Shown: positions 25,431-34,869 of the stretch, in pieces
Numbering within the stretch: the first letter of the stretch is position 1
Layout: every line of letters starts with the position of its first letter
IMG/VR virus record: IMGVR_UViG_3300010354_000044
Location: 64,001-128,000 of that record
From: a virus
Strand: one strand, 5' to 3'
Length of the DNA stretch: 64,000 nucleotides
Notes under the pieces: generated by a model
Databases searched by the model: none
Seen by the model: the letters and a program-made list of their open reading frames with translations, nothing else
What the model was told of the DNA's origin: nothing
Program-made: the position numbers and the translations under genes

Positions 25431-25444
25431 TGCAAACTTTTAAC

Positions 25445-25503
25445 AATTTGTATGTCAAGTGCATGTCAATTGTATGTAATAGCATGCACTTGACATACAA
25501 ATT
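25445..25503. repeat. 21-bp perfect inverted repeat
   Basis: AATTTGTATGTCAAGTGCATG-N17-CATGCACTTGACATACAAATT. Confidence 0.9.
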
Positions 25504-25675
25504 AGCTCAAATTAGGAGCAAGAACAAGCAATGGATGACCACGAATTGTTGCATGATTTATTGCAGCGCCGGGGCTTAACTTGGGTCTTGGAAGACCTTT
25601 TCAAGCACCCTGAGATTTATTCACCGGGGTGTGTTTACAATACTTTAAGAAGAATATCTATAAACTGGTACGCTC

Positions 25676-26302
25676 ATGTCAAAAACAAACTCAGTCAACT
25701 TTAATACCCCCTTTAATCGCACGGTCGCGGAAAACCTAGACCAACTAGCTATAAAGCTGGTAAGCTATTTCCTTTGTAATAAGTATGGTTCAGCGGGGCT
25801 TTTTAGTTCCCCTCTAAATTCTTCCGTTTGGGAAAGTATCAATAGCCTTTTACTCTGCCCTTGGGAGAATGTTGATGAAATTAGGCAGTTCCTCGTGCCT
25901 AGCGTCATCACTGAGCATGGGGAGATTATCACTATTGAAGGGCTTGCAGCTAAACAAGAGGTAGACACATATTCTTTTGTCCAGCAGTTAAGGGAGGACC
26001 TAAACAAACCAAGTCAGCCCGTCGGTTTATTTGTCTTGTACCTAATGGAACCCTATATAAGATATAAGCGGGATAATATCAAAAGTTACCCTGCGGCTTT
26101 TGTTGAGGCCCGAGGTTATTGGCACTTTTTGGATAACATTCTCCAGTGCCTAGAATCTTTTCGGTCGAATCCGATTGAATTCTATACGCACACAGAATGC
26201 CGGGAGTTTTACATGGATAACCTAGTTAGGTTGATGAGCAACTTTACCCTAACTCATTTTTGTTTCCCGTCTCTGCAATCATACACTGTACGACTGGTTT
26301 AA
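25676..26302 (+). CDS. Hypothetical protein
   Basis: 208-aa ORF on the coding strand. Confidence 0.65.
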   Translation: MSKTNSVNFNTPFNRTVAENLDQLAIKLVSYFLCNKYGSAGLFSSPLNSSVWESINSLLLCPWENVDEIRQFLVPSVITEHGEIITIEGLAAKQEVDTYSFVQQLREDLNKPSQPVGLFVLYLMEPYIRYKRDNIKSYPAAFVEARGYWHFLDNILQCLESFRSNPIEFYTHTECREFYMDNLVRLMSNFTLTHFCFPSLQSYTVRLV

Positions 26303-26510
26303 TCTACAGCTTGCTGTAGAGCTATTAACCCTCAGCAGCAAAAGTCTAAGTATATTGGAAACTTCCGGCCTGTATGGCAGTGAATTCAATTCTATTGACA
26401 TCCTAAAGGAGGCTATGATCCGTGAGTACGCGACTGAGGACTTTTAATACCCACTCCCGTGCCCAGGAGTAGCCAGACTAGCACAATTACAATAAATATC
26501 TATTTTAACT

Positions 26511-26978
26511 ATGGGCATTAAACTACCAGGCAATATGACCGTGGGGCTAATCCTGCCACTGTCGCTAATTAGCCTAGACAACTCCGCAGAGGATTGGGGA
26601 GGCAACTGGCCACCGCTGGCCCATTTACTTGAAGAAGTAAACTGGGCTGAATTCTTCCGTCAAGTTAACTATCGGCCAAGAATAGACGGTGATAGGGAGA
26701 CTTTCTTGGAAGACCTAAGAAAGCATTACTTGGATTTCTCGGAGATTCTTGATGCCTTGCTTGATGAGGACGGGCTGAATCTCACCGGTATTATCGTCCG
26801 ACTTGACGTGGCAGGCTTTGACTTTGAAGCCTATGAGGGCTTCCCTTATTTCAAATGGAAGCACTTCTATGGCTACTGCGAAACTTTTGCGGAAGTCGAA
26901 TGGATGATTTTGGGATTGGTCTTAAAAGCCAGTCAGGGGGTAGGGGGTGACGGCATGAACCTACAGCCCGGTCTATAA
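26511..26978 (+). CDS. Hypothetical protein; paralogue of 52785..53213
   Basis: LP.NM..GLILPL.LISL, W.EFFRQ, LTG.IVRLDVA, FYGYCETFA shared. Confidence 0.8.
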   Translation: MGIKLPGNMTVGLILPLSLISLDNSAEDWGGNWPPLAHLLEEVNWAEFFRQVNYRPRIDGDRETFLEDLRKHYLDFSEILDALLDEDGLNLTGIIVRLDVAGFDFEAYEGFPYFKWKHFYGYCETFAEVEWMILGLVLKASQGVGGDGMNLQPGL

Positions 26979-27023
26979 ACACGCTATGATCTGTGAGTAC
27001 GCGACTGAGGACTTCTAGCATTA

Positions 27024-27443
27024 ATGTTGTACTACCATGGAAGTACTATCTACTTACCAGTAGGTACTTTACTGAGGCCCGGGATAGACTATGAAAAGCA
27101 CTGGGCGTCAACCGATTTTTATACTGCTCTAGAGCATTACAGACCAACTGGTAAGCTAGCGCATAAAGACGCTGTTTTTATGTGTGAGTCTGAAGATGAT
27201 GTTGATTTATGCGGCGGAGGTACTGAGTGGTTATTTAGTGTTAACCCTCTTGGCCCGGTGCATAAACACGATGTGAATTGGTCTAGTGAGATTAGTTGTT
27301 TAATCTCTAAGGGGTATTCTATAAATAGCCCTGAAGTAGAATCGGCGGCGTCTAGCTACTGGAATTCTATGCCTCATTACAATGAAAGCGTGTGGGAGTA
27401 CTTAACGCCCTCCGCTACGATCCTAAAAGTTGTACGGTACTAA
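27024..27443 (+). CDS. Putative Arr-like ADP-ribosyltransferase
   Basis: YYHGS...L.VG.LL.PG start and FSVNPLGPVHKHD segment resemble the rifampin ART (Arr) family. Confidence 0.55.
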   Translation: MLYYHGSTIYLPVGTLLRPGIDYEKHWASTDFYTALEHYRPTGKLAHKDAVFMCESEDDVDLCGGGTEWLFSVNPLGPVHKHDVNWSSEISCLISKGYSINSPEVESAASSYWNSMPHYNESVWEYLTPSATILKVVRY

Positions 27444-27446
27444 AAA

Positions 27447-28055
27447 ATGAAAAAAGTTTCCCTCATCAATGTGGCCCAATTAGGTATCTGTCTTGTATTC
27501 TTGTCTGTTTTGTTCTTAGCACTTCGCCCGTTGTGGGCTCCTAAGCCAGAAACTCCTATGATTGAAGAAGCTGAGGAGGAACTAGTCCAGGAGGACGTTC
27601 CTCAGTCTAATGTCAGTCCGCCTAGTGGAGGTTTCTACGGTAGTGGTTATTACCCTGGAGGGTACAACCAGTTTTATCGTCCTTGGGGGCCATCTCAGAC
27701 CGCTCCTCAACAGCCTTACAGTCCCTCTAACGGGTTCCGGTCTAATCGGAGACCTAGTCGCGATTCTGGCCCTGCAACCACCCCCTCCCCCTCCACCCAG
27801 CAGACCCCCAAGGCTCGGCAGTCTACGCCTGCTACTAGTGGTAGTGGTTCAGGTAATGGGCAACCTACAAGGTCCGTGAGCCCTGTAAAGCCTAATGAAA
27901 CTACAAGACCTTCTACGCCTGCGGCAAGGCCTGCGACAAAGCCTAGTACAGCTAATCCTAGTTCTACTAGACCGGCGGCGCCACGGCCTTCAAGTGTACG
28001 TCCGCCATCACCTAGAGTTAGCCCTAGCCGGCCTAGTAGCCCTACACGACGTTAA
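27447..28055 (+). CDS. Membrane-anchored Pro/Ser/Thr-rich disordered protein
   Basis: N-terminal TM segment, low-complexity tail. Confidence 0.7.
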   Translation: MKKVSLINVAQLGICLVFLSVLFLALRPLWAPKPETPMIEEAEEELVQEDVPQSNVSPPSGGFYGSGYYPGGYNQFYRPWGPSQTAPQQPYSPSNGFRSNRRPSRDSGPATTPSPSTQQTPKARQSTPATSGSGSGNGQPTRSVSPVKPNETTRPSTPAARPATKPSTANPSSTRPAAPRPSSVRPPSPRVSPSRPSSPTRR

Positions 28056-28077
28056 AATAAGCTAAAGAAGGTGCAGT

Positions 28078-29139
28078 ATGAGAATGATAAGATTCCCTGA
28101 CGTTGGACAATTTAGGAATGTGGTCCAGTCACTTCGTCTGCGTGCTCAATTTGCAGGCAAGGCAGAGGATGGGACTCCTATTTATGACGAGTCAAGAAAG
28201 GCGCAGCCTGTTACCTTTTCTGGAACTGTAAAGCTTGATGGAACCAATGCTGCTATCTGTTTTGATGGCGAGAATACCTGGTTCCAGTCCCGAGAGAGGA
28301 TTCTTACCCTTGAAAGTGATAACTATGGGTTTTGTCGGAGATTTCAACAGGATGAAGCAGTTACTTCTTTGATTTCAAGTGTCACTGCAGCAGTGGAGTT
28401 TTCTAACGGGGAAACTCTTTGCATCTTTGGAGAGTGGATTGGAAAAGGCATTGCCAAGGGTATGGCCGTCTGTCAGATTGAGAGAGAGTTTATTGTTTTT
28501 GGCGTTGCTGTTTGCTCAGCCTTTGAAGGTGAACAGGCGGATGACTCTGCCTCTCTTAAGTGGATTGATTTAGGTACGCTTGATCAGGCGATTAAGGGTA
28601 GTGGCTTTGACACTGTTCTATCTTGTCCTCAGTATTTGCTTGTCGTTGATCCAGAGAATGCGGAGGCAGCCTGGCATACTGCAAAATCGCTAACTGACCT
28701 TGTTGTTAGTGAATGTCCATTTGGAAAGCTTCGCGGGAAAGTTGGAGCCGGAGAGGGTATTGTTTGGTTTGGTACTGATGATACTGGGAAAACTTTCCTG
28801 TTTAAAACCAAAGGGCAGAAGCAGTCTGTTGTCTCCTCTCCTAAGGAACTCCCTAAGTTTGAGGCTCAGGGTGCAATTAACACCTTTGTCACTGATGTAC
28901 TTACTGAGGCCCGGTTGAATCAAGGGATTGAGCGGGTCTTTACTGCAAACGACATTGTTCCGTCTATTGAAAAGACTGGCTCCTTCCTTCAGTGGATCAG
29001 CCGCGACATTGAAAAGGAGGAGGGTTTCTCTTTTGAGGCTCTTGCTGCTCTTGGTATTACCAAGAAGAAAGCTATGGGTCCAGTCAATCGTGCCGCTCGC
29101 GATTGGTTTATGGACTATCTAAACTTGTTGTCCCTGTAG
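28078..29139 (+). CDS. RNA ligase, Rnl2-like
   Basis: KLDGTN, FQSR, FGEW, GEGIVW, FKTK nucleotidyltransferase motifs. Confidence 0.85.
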   Translation: MRMIRFPDVGQFRNVVQSLRLRAQFAGKAEDGTPIYDESRKAQPVTFSGTVKLDGTNAAICFDGENTWFQSRERILTLESDNYGFCRRFQQDEAVTSLISSVTAAVEFSNGETLCIFGEWIGKGIAKGMAVCQIEREFIVFGVAVCSAFEGEQADDSASLKWIDLGTLDQAIKGSGFDTVLSCPQYLLVVDPENAEAAWHTAKSLTDLVVSECPFGKLRGKVGAGEGIVWFGTDDTGKTFLFKTKGQKQSVVSSPKELPKFEAQGAINTFVTDVLTEARLNQGIERVFTANDIVPSIEKTGSFLQWISRDIEKEEGFSFEALAALGITKKKAMGPVNRAARDWFMDYLNLLSL

Positions 29140-29480
29140 ATTACCACGTCAAAACCCCGCCTGGAAGGTCTAAAGTCCCCAGGCGGGGTTAGGAACCCAT
29201 TTACTAGGTTAATTGCTATGTTACTACCTGCCGTTGATTTACCACCTGTCCATGCCCAGCTGCAGACCGTTGATACCACCGCCGACAGCTCCAGGGATGA
29301 ATTTCCCCGGCGCCGGTGTGCCCCGCACCCTAGAGGTCGTGGCCTGTCCTGTACCGAGATTGTACCGGGCAACCCCTACCAGGTCATCAAAACCTGGTTA
29401 GGGCGGTCCTAGACCGTTCTAGCTACCATTCCGGGGAGGTTACTACCCCGGTGTACCAGCCGTTTACCTAACTTCAAACC

Positions 29481-29669
29481 ATGACTAGATTTCTGTCTGT
29501 AGCCGCTACCTTTTCGCTTACGTCTTTTTTAGTAGGCTGCCCTCTGCAGCAAGACCAAGCAGATCGCCGATACCCTGACCCGGCTCAACCGGACTGCTAT
29601 ACAACAGTCGAGGTAGTAGCCGGGGAACCCACAGTAAAAGTTCATAACTGCAATCTGGACATTGATTAG
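29481..29669 (+). CDS. Small putative lipoprotein
   Basis: Lipobox LVGC. Confidence 0.55.
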   Translation: MTRFLSVAATFSLTSFLVGCPLQQDQADRRYPDPAQPDCYTTVEVVAGEPTVKVHNCNLDID

Positions 29670-29724
29670 ACCAGCGCACTAACCACCCCGGGGAGGGAAC
29701 TAACCCGGGTCCAATTCTAAGGAG

Positions 29725-29937
29725 ATGAGAAATACCATGCAACGGTTATCTGTTAGTTTGGCTGAGGATGTTTCTCAATTGCTTGAATCCTTGGCTAAGT
29801 CACAAGGGATTACCAAAAATGAAGCTATCCGCAAGGCTATCGCGACGGAAGCTTATCTTTTGCAAGAGAGGCTGGGAGGCAGCAAAATCCTTCTCCAAAA
29901 ACCTGACAAAGAAGTTCGGGAAGTGCTCTTTCGCTAA
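29725..29937 (+). CDS. Ribbon-helix-helix (CopG-like) DNA-binding protein
   Basis: RLSVSL..DV...LE.LA...GITK.EAIRKAI. Confidence 0.8.
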   Translation: MRNTMQRLSVSLAEDVSQLLESLAKSQGITKNEAIRKAIATEAYLLQERLGGSKILLQKPDKEVREVLFR

Positions 29938-30003
29938 TAGAGTACTTAGTTTGTTAACTGACAGGGCCTGGTTAACCAGGCCCTGTATAATAAAAAAAAA
30001 TAG

Positions 30004-30074
30004 GAGACATTAGCTTAATGGTAAAGCACGGGGCTTTTAACCTCTTGATGAAAGTTCGATTCTTTCATGTCTCA
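30004..30074 (+). tRNA. trnK: tRNA-Lys(UUU), no encoded CCA
   Basis: GAGACAT/ATGTCTC acceptor stem, loop CTTTTAA, T-loop GTTCGATTC. Confidence 0.88.
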
Positions 30075-30104
30075 TTTGCTGTTAGTTAACAACCTGGAAA
30101 CTGT

Positions 30105-30497
30105 ATGAAAGATAAACTTGCGTTACTAGCCTCTTATATACAAGTAGCGTTGGAGGCCTCAGAATCCGACGCTACGCACATCATAGACCTTAACTATATG
30201 CTAACTCTACTTTCTGAGGTAGAGCAGGTATCAAGGGAGCTAAGGGGAGCAATCCTGGAAAAGTCTCCATTTAAGATAGGGGACTACGTTAGGGTCGTAT
30301 CTAATGACTTTCTTGGGCATGACGCGACTTTGAATGAGGGTTATATCTCTCAGATCAATATCTCAGGCTACATGTGCGGGTTGTATTATGTAGTACGGGC
30401 TCCTACAACCAGGGGTAACTTTAATCCAAATGGTAGAATTATTAGGGCCGCCGCTTCATTACGGACACTTGTTAAATGTGACCCGCCTTCTGTGTAG
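30105..30497 (+). CDS. Hypothetical protein, possible SH3-like C-terminus
   Basis: PFKIGDYVRV motif. Confidence 0.65.
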   Translation: MKDKLALLASYIQVALEASESDATHIIDLNYMLTLLSEVEQVSRELRGAILEKSPFKIGDYVRVVSNDFLGHDATLNEGYISQINISGYMCGLYYVVRAPTTRGNFNPNGRIIRAAASLRTLVKCDPPSV

Positions 30498-30557
30498 AAT
30501 AATTTAATTTAACAACCTGTTAGTTTTAAAAGTTGCGACAAAAGGTGTCAGTTAACA

Positions 30558-31139
30558 ATGAATTTTAACGACTATAATTACCCGCTGAAAACCCTTTCAG
30601 ATAACAACTCAGCCTGGGAGGAGGCCTTTAAGGAGGTTTACAACAAATTCAAGGATGATGTCTTTAAGACCTTAACTGCAATCGGACAGCATCCAAACCG
30701 GGAGTTCTTATTCGCCGCAGCCTGGGCAAAATACCCTAGAAGCTGGGAGAAAATTTTCAAGGACCTTGAGGAGTTTTCCAAAATCCTTGACCGTCTATTC
30801 CAGGCGGTAGATAAGGATCAGATGCTGGCCTTGAGCGCCGAATTGGTTAACAAAGCCCAAGTGCAACAAGAGCTAAATTTAGATACCCGATCATTTGCGA
30901 ACGCTGTTAGAGAATTGAAAAACGAACAAGCACTAATTCAGCAGGCCAATCAATTGGTTATGGAAGCCGAATTAGATCAAGCCATGCTAGACATGGACGC
31001 ATGGGGGCATTCAGACAATTTAGACTCTTGGAGAGATTCGGAGGGTTATAATAATCCTTGGAGAGATTCAAAAATGGGATTACCGCACCCTTTAACGCGC
31101 ATTTATAGCCCGTGGAGAGATTCGGACGAGACCGAATAA
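30558..31139 (+). CDS. Hypothetical protein sharing a domain with 32148..32501; three WRDS repeats
   Basis: FKDDVFKTLTAIGQHPNRE vs FKEDVFRELPAIGNHENKE. Confidence 0.75.
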   Translation: MNFNDYNYPLKTLSDNNSAWEEAFKEVYNKFKDDVFKTLTAIGQHPNREFLFAAAWAKYPRSWEKIFKDLEEFSKILDRLFQAVDKDQMLALSAELVNKAQVQQELNLDTRSFANAVRELKNEQALIQQANQLVMEAELDQAMLDMDAWGHSDNLDSWRDSEGYNNPWRDSKMGLPHPLTRIYSPWRDSDETE

Positions 31140-31192
31140 ACGGCCTGGGATTTCTGCAGGGCTTCTACTAGGAAATTTTTTGAGGTATTTCA

Positions 31193-31645
31193 ATGGTATT
31201 AATACCTAAAACCGTTCTACAGGGCCGTATTCTTGATTTTGAAAATGCGGTGAAATGTGTATTAGATGGGGAGTTCTACGCGGTCGGAGGACTCTTTGGC
31301 AGTATTATGCGCGACTGGTTAAATACCTGCCCGGGTGAATCCGTAGATGTACAGGATATTGCCGAGGGCATTGACCGGCTCGCACAACAAGAATTCCTTG
31401 AAATTGTGATGAGGGAAGCTTCTAGAGACAGGCGCTCTGTTACTTTAAATTATAAACTTGGGTCTATTGTACTAGTGGCAAAAAACAGGCTGATTAAAAT
31501 TCCCGATGCCTGGGCAACTAGTAAAGAGGTCTACCTAGATATTTATGGAGTACTCCATGGTTATCTAAAAAGAGACGGGGTCTCAGATGAAGCTATAAAA
31601 GACGAGCTCGTGCAGTGCTACAAGTACCGTAATGGGGACAATTAA
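31193..31645 (+). CDS. Hypothetical protein; tandem paralogue of 31632..32129
   Basis: RI.DFE.AV, LFG.I.R.WL, VAKNRLI shared. Confidence 0.8.
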   Translation: MVLIPKTVLQGRILDFENAVKCVLDGEFYAVGGLFGSIMRDWLNTCPGESVDVQDIAEGIDRLAQQEFLEIVMREASRDRRSVTLNYKLGSIVLVAKNRLIKIPDAWATSKEVYLDIYGVLHGYLKRDGVSDEAIKDELVQCYKYRNGDN

Positions 31646-32129
31646 GAAGACTACTTTATACGAACGGATCGCTGATTTTGAGGATGCGGTGACTGCCGCA
31701 GGTACAGAGTTTTATGGCATCGGACCACTGTTTGGCGATATTGCCCGCCACTGGCTACAAAATCAAGTTGGAGAAAACATAGAGCTGTTGTCTATTGCTG
31801 TCGCGATTGAAACGTGGCTGCGCGATGACTTTGGTAAGCTGGTAGTGCAATACGCTAGTAGAGAAAAGTATGCGGGATCTTTGGAGGGTAAAGTCAACGC
31901 TATTGTACGTGTAGCCAAAAATCGGCTCATTACAGCCAAAGAAGCCTGGTCTGAGGGTAGAGAGTTCTATTCCACTATCTATGGTGATCATCATGAGCTT
32001 ATACGGAAACTCATGAAGGGATCCTCCGACGAAGAGATAATGGATAGTATTCATGAAACTGCTGCTGAATACACACTTAACCGAAGGCAAATAAGGGTAC
32101 GTGAAAACAGGACTAAAGGCGCACTTTGA
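31632..32129 (+). CDS. Hypothetical protein; tandem paralogue of 31193..31645
   Basis: As above. Confidence 0.8.
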   Translation: MGTIKKTTLYERIADFEDAVTAAGTEFYGIGPLFGDIARHWLQNQVGENIELLSIAVAIETWLRDDFGKLVVQYASREKYAGSLEGKVNAIVRVAKNRLITAKEAWSEGREFYSTIYGDHHELIRKLMKGSSDEEIMDSIHETAAEYTLNRRQIRVRENRTKGAL

Positions 32130-32147
32130 ATAACAGGACGGAAATTA

Positions 32148-32501
32148 ATGGATTTTGAAAAATATGAAGAGTTATTTAAAACTCTTTCAAATCAATACAC
32201 AGCGGCGTTGGAGAGGGACTTAGCCAGTCTGCATAATCAGAAAGTTAGGCTAAAGCAAGAACTGGAAGATATTGAGGCCGCGCTTAGAACATGCAAGTCT
32301 GCCCGCAACAAAGGTATAATTACGGCTTCTAATGAGGTTCTCCAGACATTTAAGGAAGACGTTTTTAGGGAGTTGCCTGCTATTGGGAATCATGAAAATA
32401 AAGAAGCCATATTTTTATCAGTTTGGGAGAAATGTGATAAAGATAAGGAGCGGACGTTTGAAGAATTAGAAGAGCTTTCCCGCCTGTTCTGTAGCACTTA
32501 A
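32148..32501 (+). CDS. Hypothetical coiled-coil protein
   Basis: Paralogous to 30558..31139. Confidence 0.75.
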   Translation: MDFEKYEELFKTLSNQYTAALERDLASLHNQKVRLKQELEDIEAALRTCKSARNKGIITASNEVLQTFKEDVFRELPAIGNHENKEAIFLSVWEKCDKDKERTFEELEELSRLFCST

Positions 32502-32575
32502 CTGTTTGGCAAATTTACGGGTCTTAATATTACAGAGAGGCCCGTAAATTCTTTAATAAGCCCAAGACTTGAAAA

Positions 32576-32899
32576 GTGAAAAGAATGAAATACAGGATAT
32601 TCTATAGCAATGCTCATGATGCCAAAGACAAAGGCTGGCAGAAGCAAGGCACCGTTGTAGAAATCAACAGCATGGGTGACTTAATAGCGCTGGCAGAAAG
32701 CTTTAACAAAGAGGTCATCATAGGCAAAAACAACTTACCAGATTTTATTTATAATTATTGTCTGTGGGGCAAAGATAAGACCGAGTGGAAGCCTCTGCTA
32801 GATGAAGACGATATTGAGTCTTATTATCTCTTAGAGATGCCAACAGAGGATTGGGTTAGTGATCAATGGATTGAAGTCTATAACGGTTATCGCGAATAG
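32576..32899 (+). CDS. Hypothetical protein
   Basis: ORF ending IEVYNGYRE. Confidence 0.65.
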   Translation: MKRMKYRIFYSNAHDAKDKGWQKQGTVVEINSMGDLIALAESFNKEVIIGKNNLPDFIYNYCLWGKDKTEWKPLLDEDDIESYYLLEMPTEDWVSDQWIEVYNGYRE

Positions 32900-32917
32900 C
32901 ATTAGGAATTTACCGAT

Positions 32918-33496
32918 ATGAAAGATAATTTAAGCCCGGACGTAATTACTGCTGAGAAGAGCTTATGGCAAGTATTTATAGTCAGTACTGATTTACCGCG
33001 CGATCGTTTTGCCTTTGGAGCTACTGTAGTATTCTTCTTAGTACTTACGGTCTGCACCTTATTTGGCTATAAGTCACCACTACAAATACAAGCCGACTTA
33101 CTACTATGGGCGGGCAACGGTTTCCTATTTGGAGTAGGAGGACTAATCTTTGTAGTTACGGGTATTCTACTCACTGCATCTAGCAGTGAAAGTCTGTTAA
33201 TAGCCTTTTCGCAGGTTAAGCATAAAAAAAGTGGCCATAGCTACCTAAAGTATAACCTTGTGACGCTAATGTATGCAGCTATTGTATATTTAACCTTAGC
33301 CGTCATGTCATTCTTTATTTACGTTTTTGGTGGTTTTACTGTAGTGATAAGTAAGCTTATATATTTAGGCTTGCTAACCTTAATTTTTTACAGTTTAATG
33401 GTGTTAAAAACGTATATTTTTAATATATACGCAGTAATAATGGCTCGTGTTAGATTCGCTGTTGAGCTTCAGTTAGATAGCTCGGAAAATAATTAG
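32918..33496 (+). CDS. Membrane protein, about 4 TM segments
   Basis: Hydrophobicity pattern; AT-rich. Confidence 0.7.
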   Translation: MKDNLSPDVITAEKSLWQVFIVSTDLPRDRFAFGATVVFFLVLTVCTLFGYKSPLQIQADLLLWAGNGFLFGVGGLIFVVTGILLTASSSESLLIAFSQVKHKKSGHSYLKYNLVTLMYAAIVYLTLAVMSFFIYVFGGFTVVISKLIYLGLLTLIFYSLMVLKTYIFNIYAVIMARVRFAVELQLDSSENN

Positions 33497-33505
33497 CTCA
33501 TTCGC

Positions 33506-33578
33506 CCAGGGTTGGCCGAGCGGATTAGGCAACGAACTCATAATTCGTTTTAGGCGGGTTCAACTCCTGCACCCTGGA
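33506..33578 (+). tRNA. tRNA with CAU anticodon (probably Ile2, possibly Met)
   Basis: CCAGGGT/ACCCTGG stem, loop CTCATAA; resembles cyanobacterial tRNA-Ile2 as recalled. Confidence 0.88.
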
Positions 33579-33582
33579 CTTC

Positions 33583-33658
33583 CCTCTGCTGGGCTAATTG
33601 GATAAGCCACCGCCCTTCTAAGGCGTTCACCATCCTGGTTCAAGTCCAGGGCAGAGGA
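33583..33658 (+). tRNA. trnR: tRNA-Arg(UCU)
   Basis: CCTCTGC/GCAGAGG stem, loop CTTCTAA, GGTTCAAGTCC. Confidence 0.88.
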
Positions 33659-33685
33659 CTAATACATTAACCATACTGAATTACC

Positions 33686-33943
33686 ATGAATCCATCTATT
33701 GTTGCAGAACTTGATACGAAAGGGTTTATCATTTACAACGCGGATACCTTCTTCAGAGAAGGACATCATAATCTGACCCAAATTAGAATCGTCCGTGTCC
33801 GTTATAAAGCCTCGCAGGAACTGGCCTTTGTAACAATAGATGAAAGCGATTGGGAACGGTCATATATCGTTGGTGTTTACGATACTCGCAGACTAGCTAT
33901 ATCTTGCGGCAAAAAGATCGCTGATAATAGTTGTCTCACCTGA
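33686..33943 (+). CDS. Hypothetical protein
   Basis: ORF on coding strand. Confidence 0.6.
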   Translation: MNPSIVAELDTKGFIIYNADTFFREGHHNLTQIRIVRVRYKASQELAFVTIDESDWERSYIVGVYDTRRLAISCGKKIADNSCLT

Positions 33944-33986
33944 TCTCATTACAAAAGAAAAAGATCGCAATTGAGAGGTGTTTTCC

Positions 33987-34280
33987 ATGTCTGAATCTTC
34001 AAAAGTTAACCCCTTGGAGCGGGGCCCTAAACCTCGCAAGACCACTGGTTTTGGGGCTGATTTTGTGCATCCGGTACTAGCCGCTTATGCGGCTGAAGGC
34101 AATCAAGAAGAGGGCTACGACATCAGCTTCTACATGCCTGAGGGTCCGCATATACACCCTGAATATAAGGAGGGTGGTCAGGAGAGTAAGAGCGCCGACA
34201 TAAGCGAGTATATGCCTGAGGGCCCGCACGTTTTCAAAGATCCTGGTGTCGTAGAGGATGAAGAGCACGTGGATTGCTAG
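33987..34280 (+). CDS. Hypothetical acidic protein with duplicated DIS.YMPEGPH motif
   Basis: Internal repeat; SD GAGGTG. Confidence 0.65.
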   Translation: MSESSKVNPLERGPKPRKTTGFGADFVHPVLAAYAAEGNQEEGYDISFYMPEGPHIHPEYKEGGQESKSADISEYMPEGPHVFKDPGVVEDEEHVDC

Positions 34281-34323
34281 CAGAAGTTAGACTCTCTGAA
34301 AACTGTTTAGAGTTGAGGTAATT

Positions 34324-34818
34324 ATGTCTTTACTAAAGTTTTATGTGGCTGGTCACGACCTGGACGCATGCCGTGTAATTGCGGCTAACTTACGGCTTAA
34401 AGGTTATGAAGTCGTATCTCGGTGGCTAGATGAGCCCATGCTTCCAACAAAGGAATACACCCCCGAAGAGAAAACACGCATTGCGACAATGGACATTGAA
34501 GATGTCCGTAGTTGCAACGTGCTTATAACTTTCTCCGCGGGCTTTAAGGTAGCTGGGGGTAAGTTCGTAGAAATAGGTGCAGCTATTATTCAAGGAAAGC
34601 CAGTCATTGCAATTGGTGGCGCGGATAGTATGTTGATGCACCACCCCTTAGTCCTCCATGTGGACACCTTCCAAGAAGCTATGGACTTAGTGGCTACTAA
34701 ATCGTTCTTGTCTAAAATAAATCAAGTGCCCGTAGAGCCTGAAGGGCCCATTTGCCAAGCTGATCTTACAAGTCCAGTCTACAAGGCCTATATGGAGGAG
34801 CGAGAGTATTTGATGTAA
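34324..34818 (+). CDS. Nucleoside 2-deoxyribosyltransferase family protein
   Basis: YVAG, D..DV..C, G..VEIGAA...GKPV. Confidence 0.8.
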   Translation: MSLLKFYVAGHDLDACRVIAANLRLKGYEVVSRWLDEPMLPTKEYTPEEKTRIATMDIEDVRSCNVLITFSAGFKVAGGKFVEIGAAIIQGKPVIAIGGADSMLMHHPLVLHVDTFQEAMDLVATKSFLSKINQVPVEPEGPICQADLTSPVYKAYMEEREYLM

Positions 34819-34869
34819 GCTGCTGATTGCCTTAAACCATTTCTATAAAACTACTGAGGAGGGTATACT

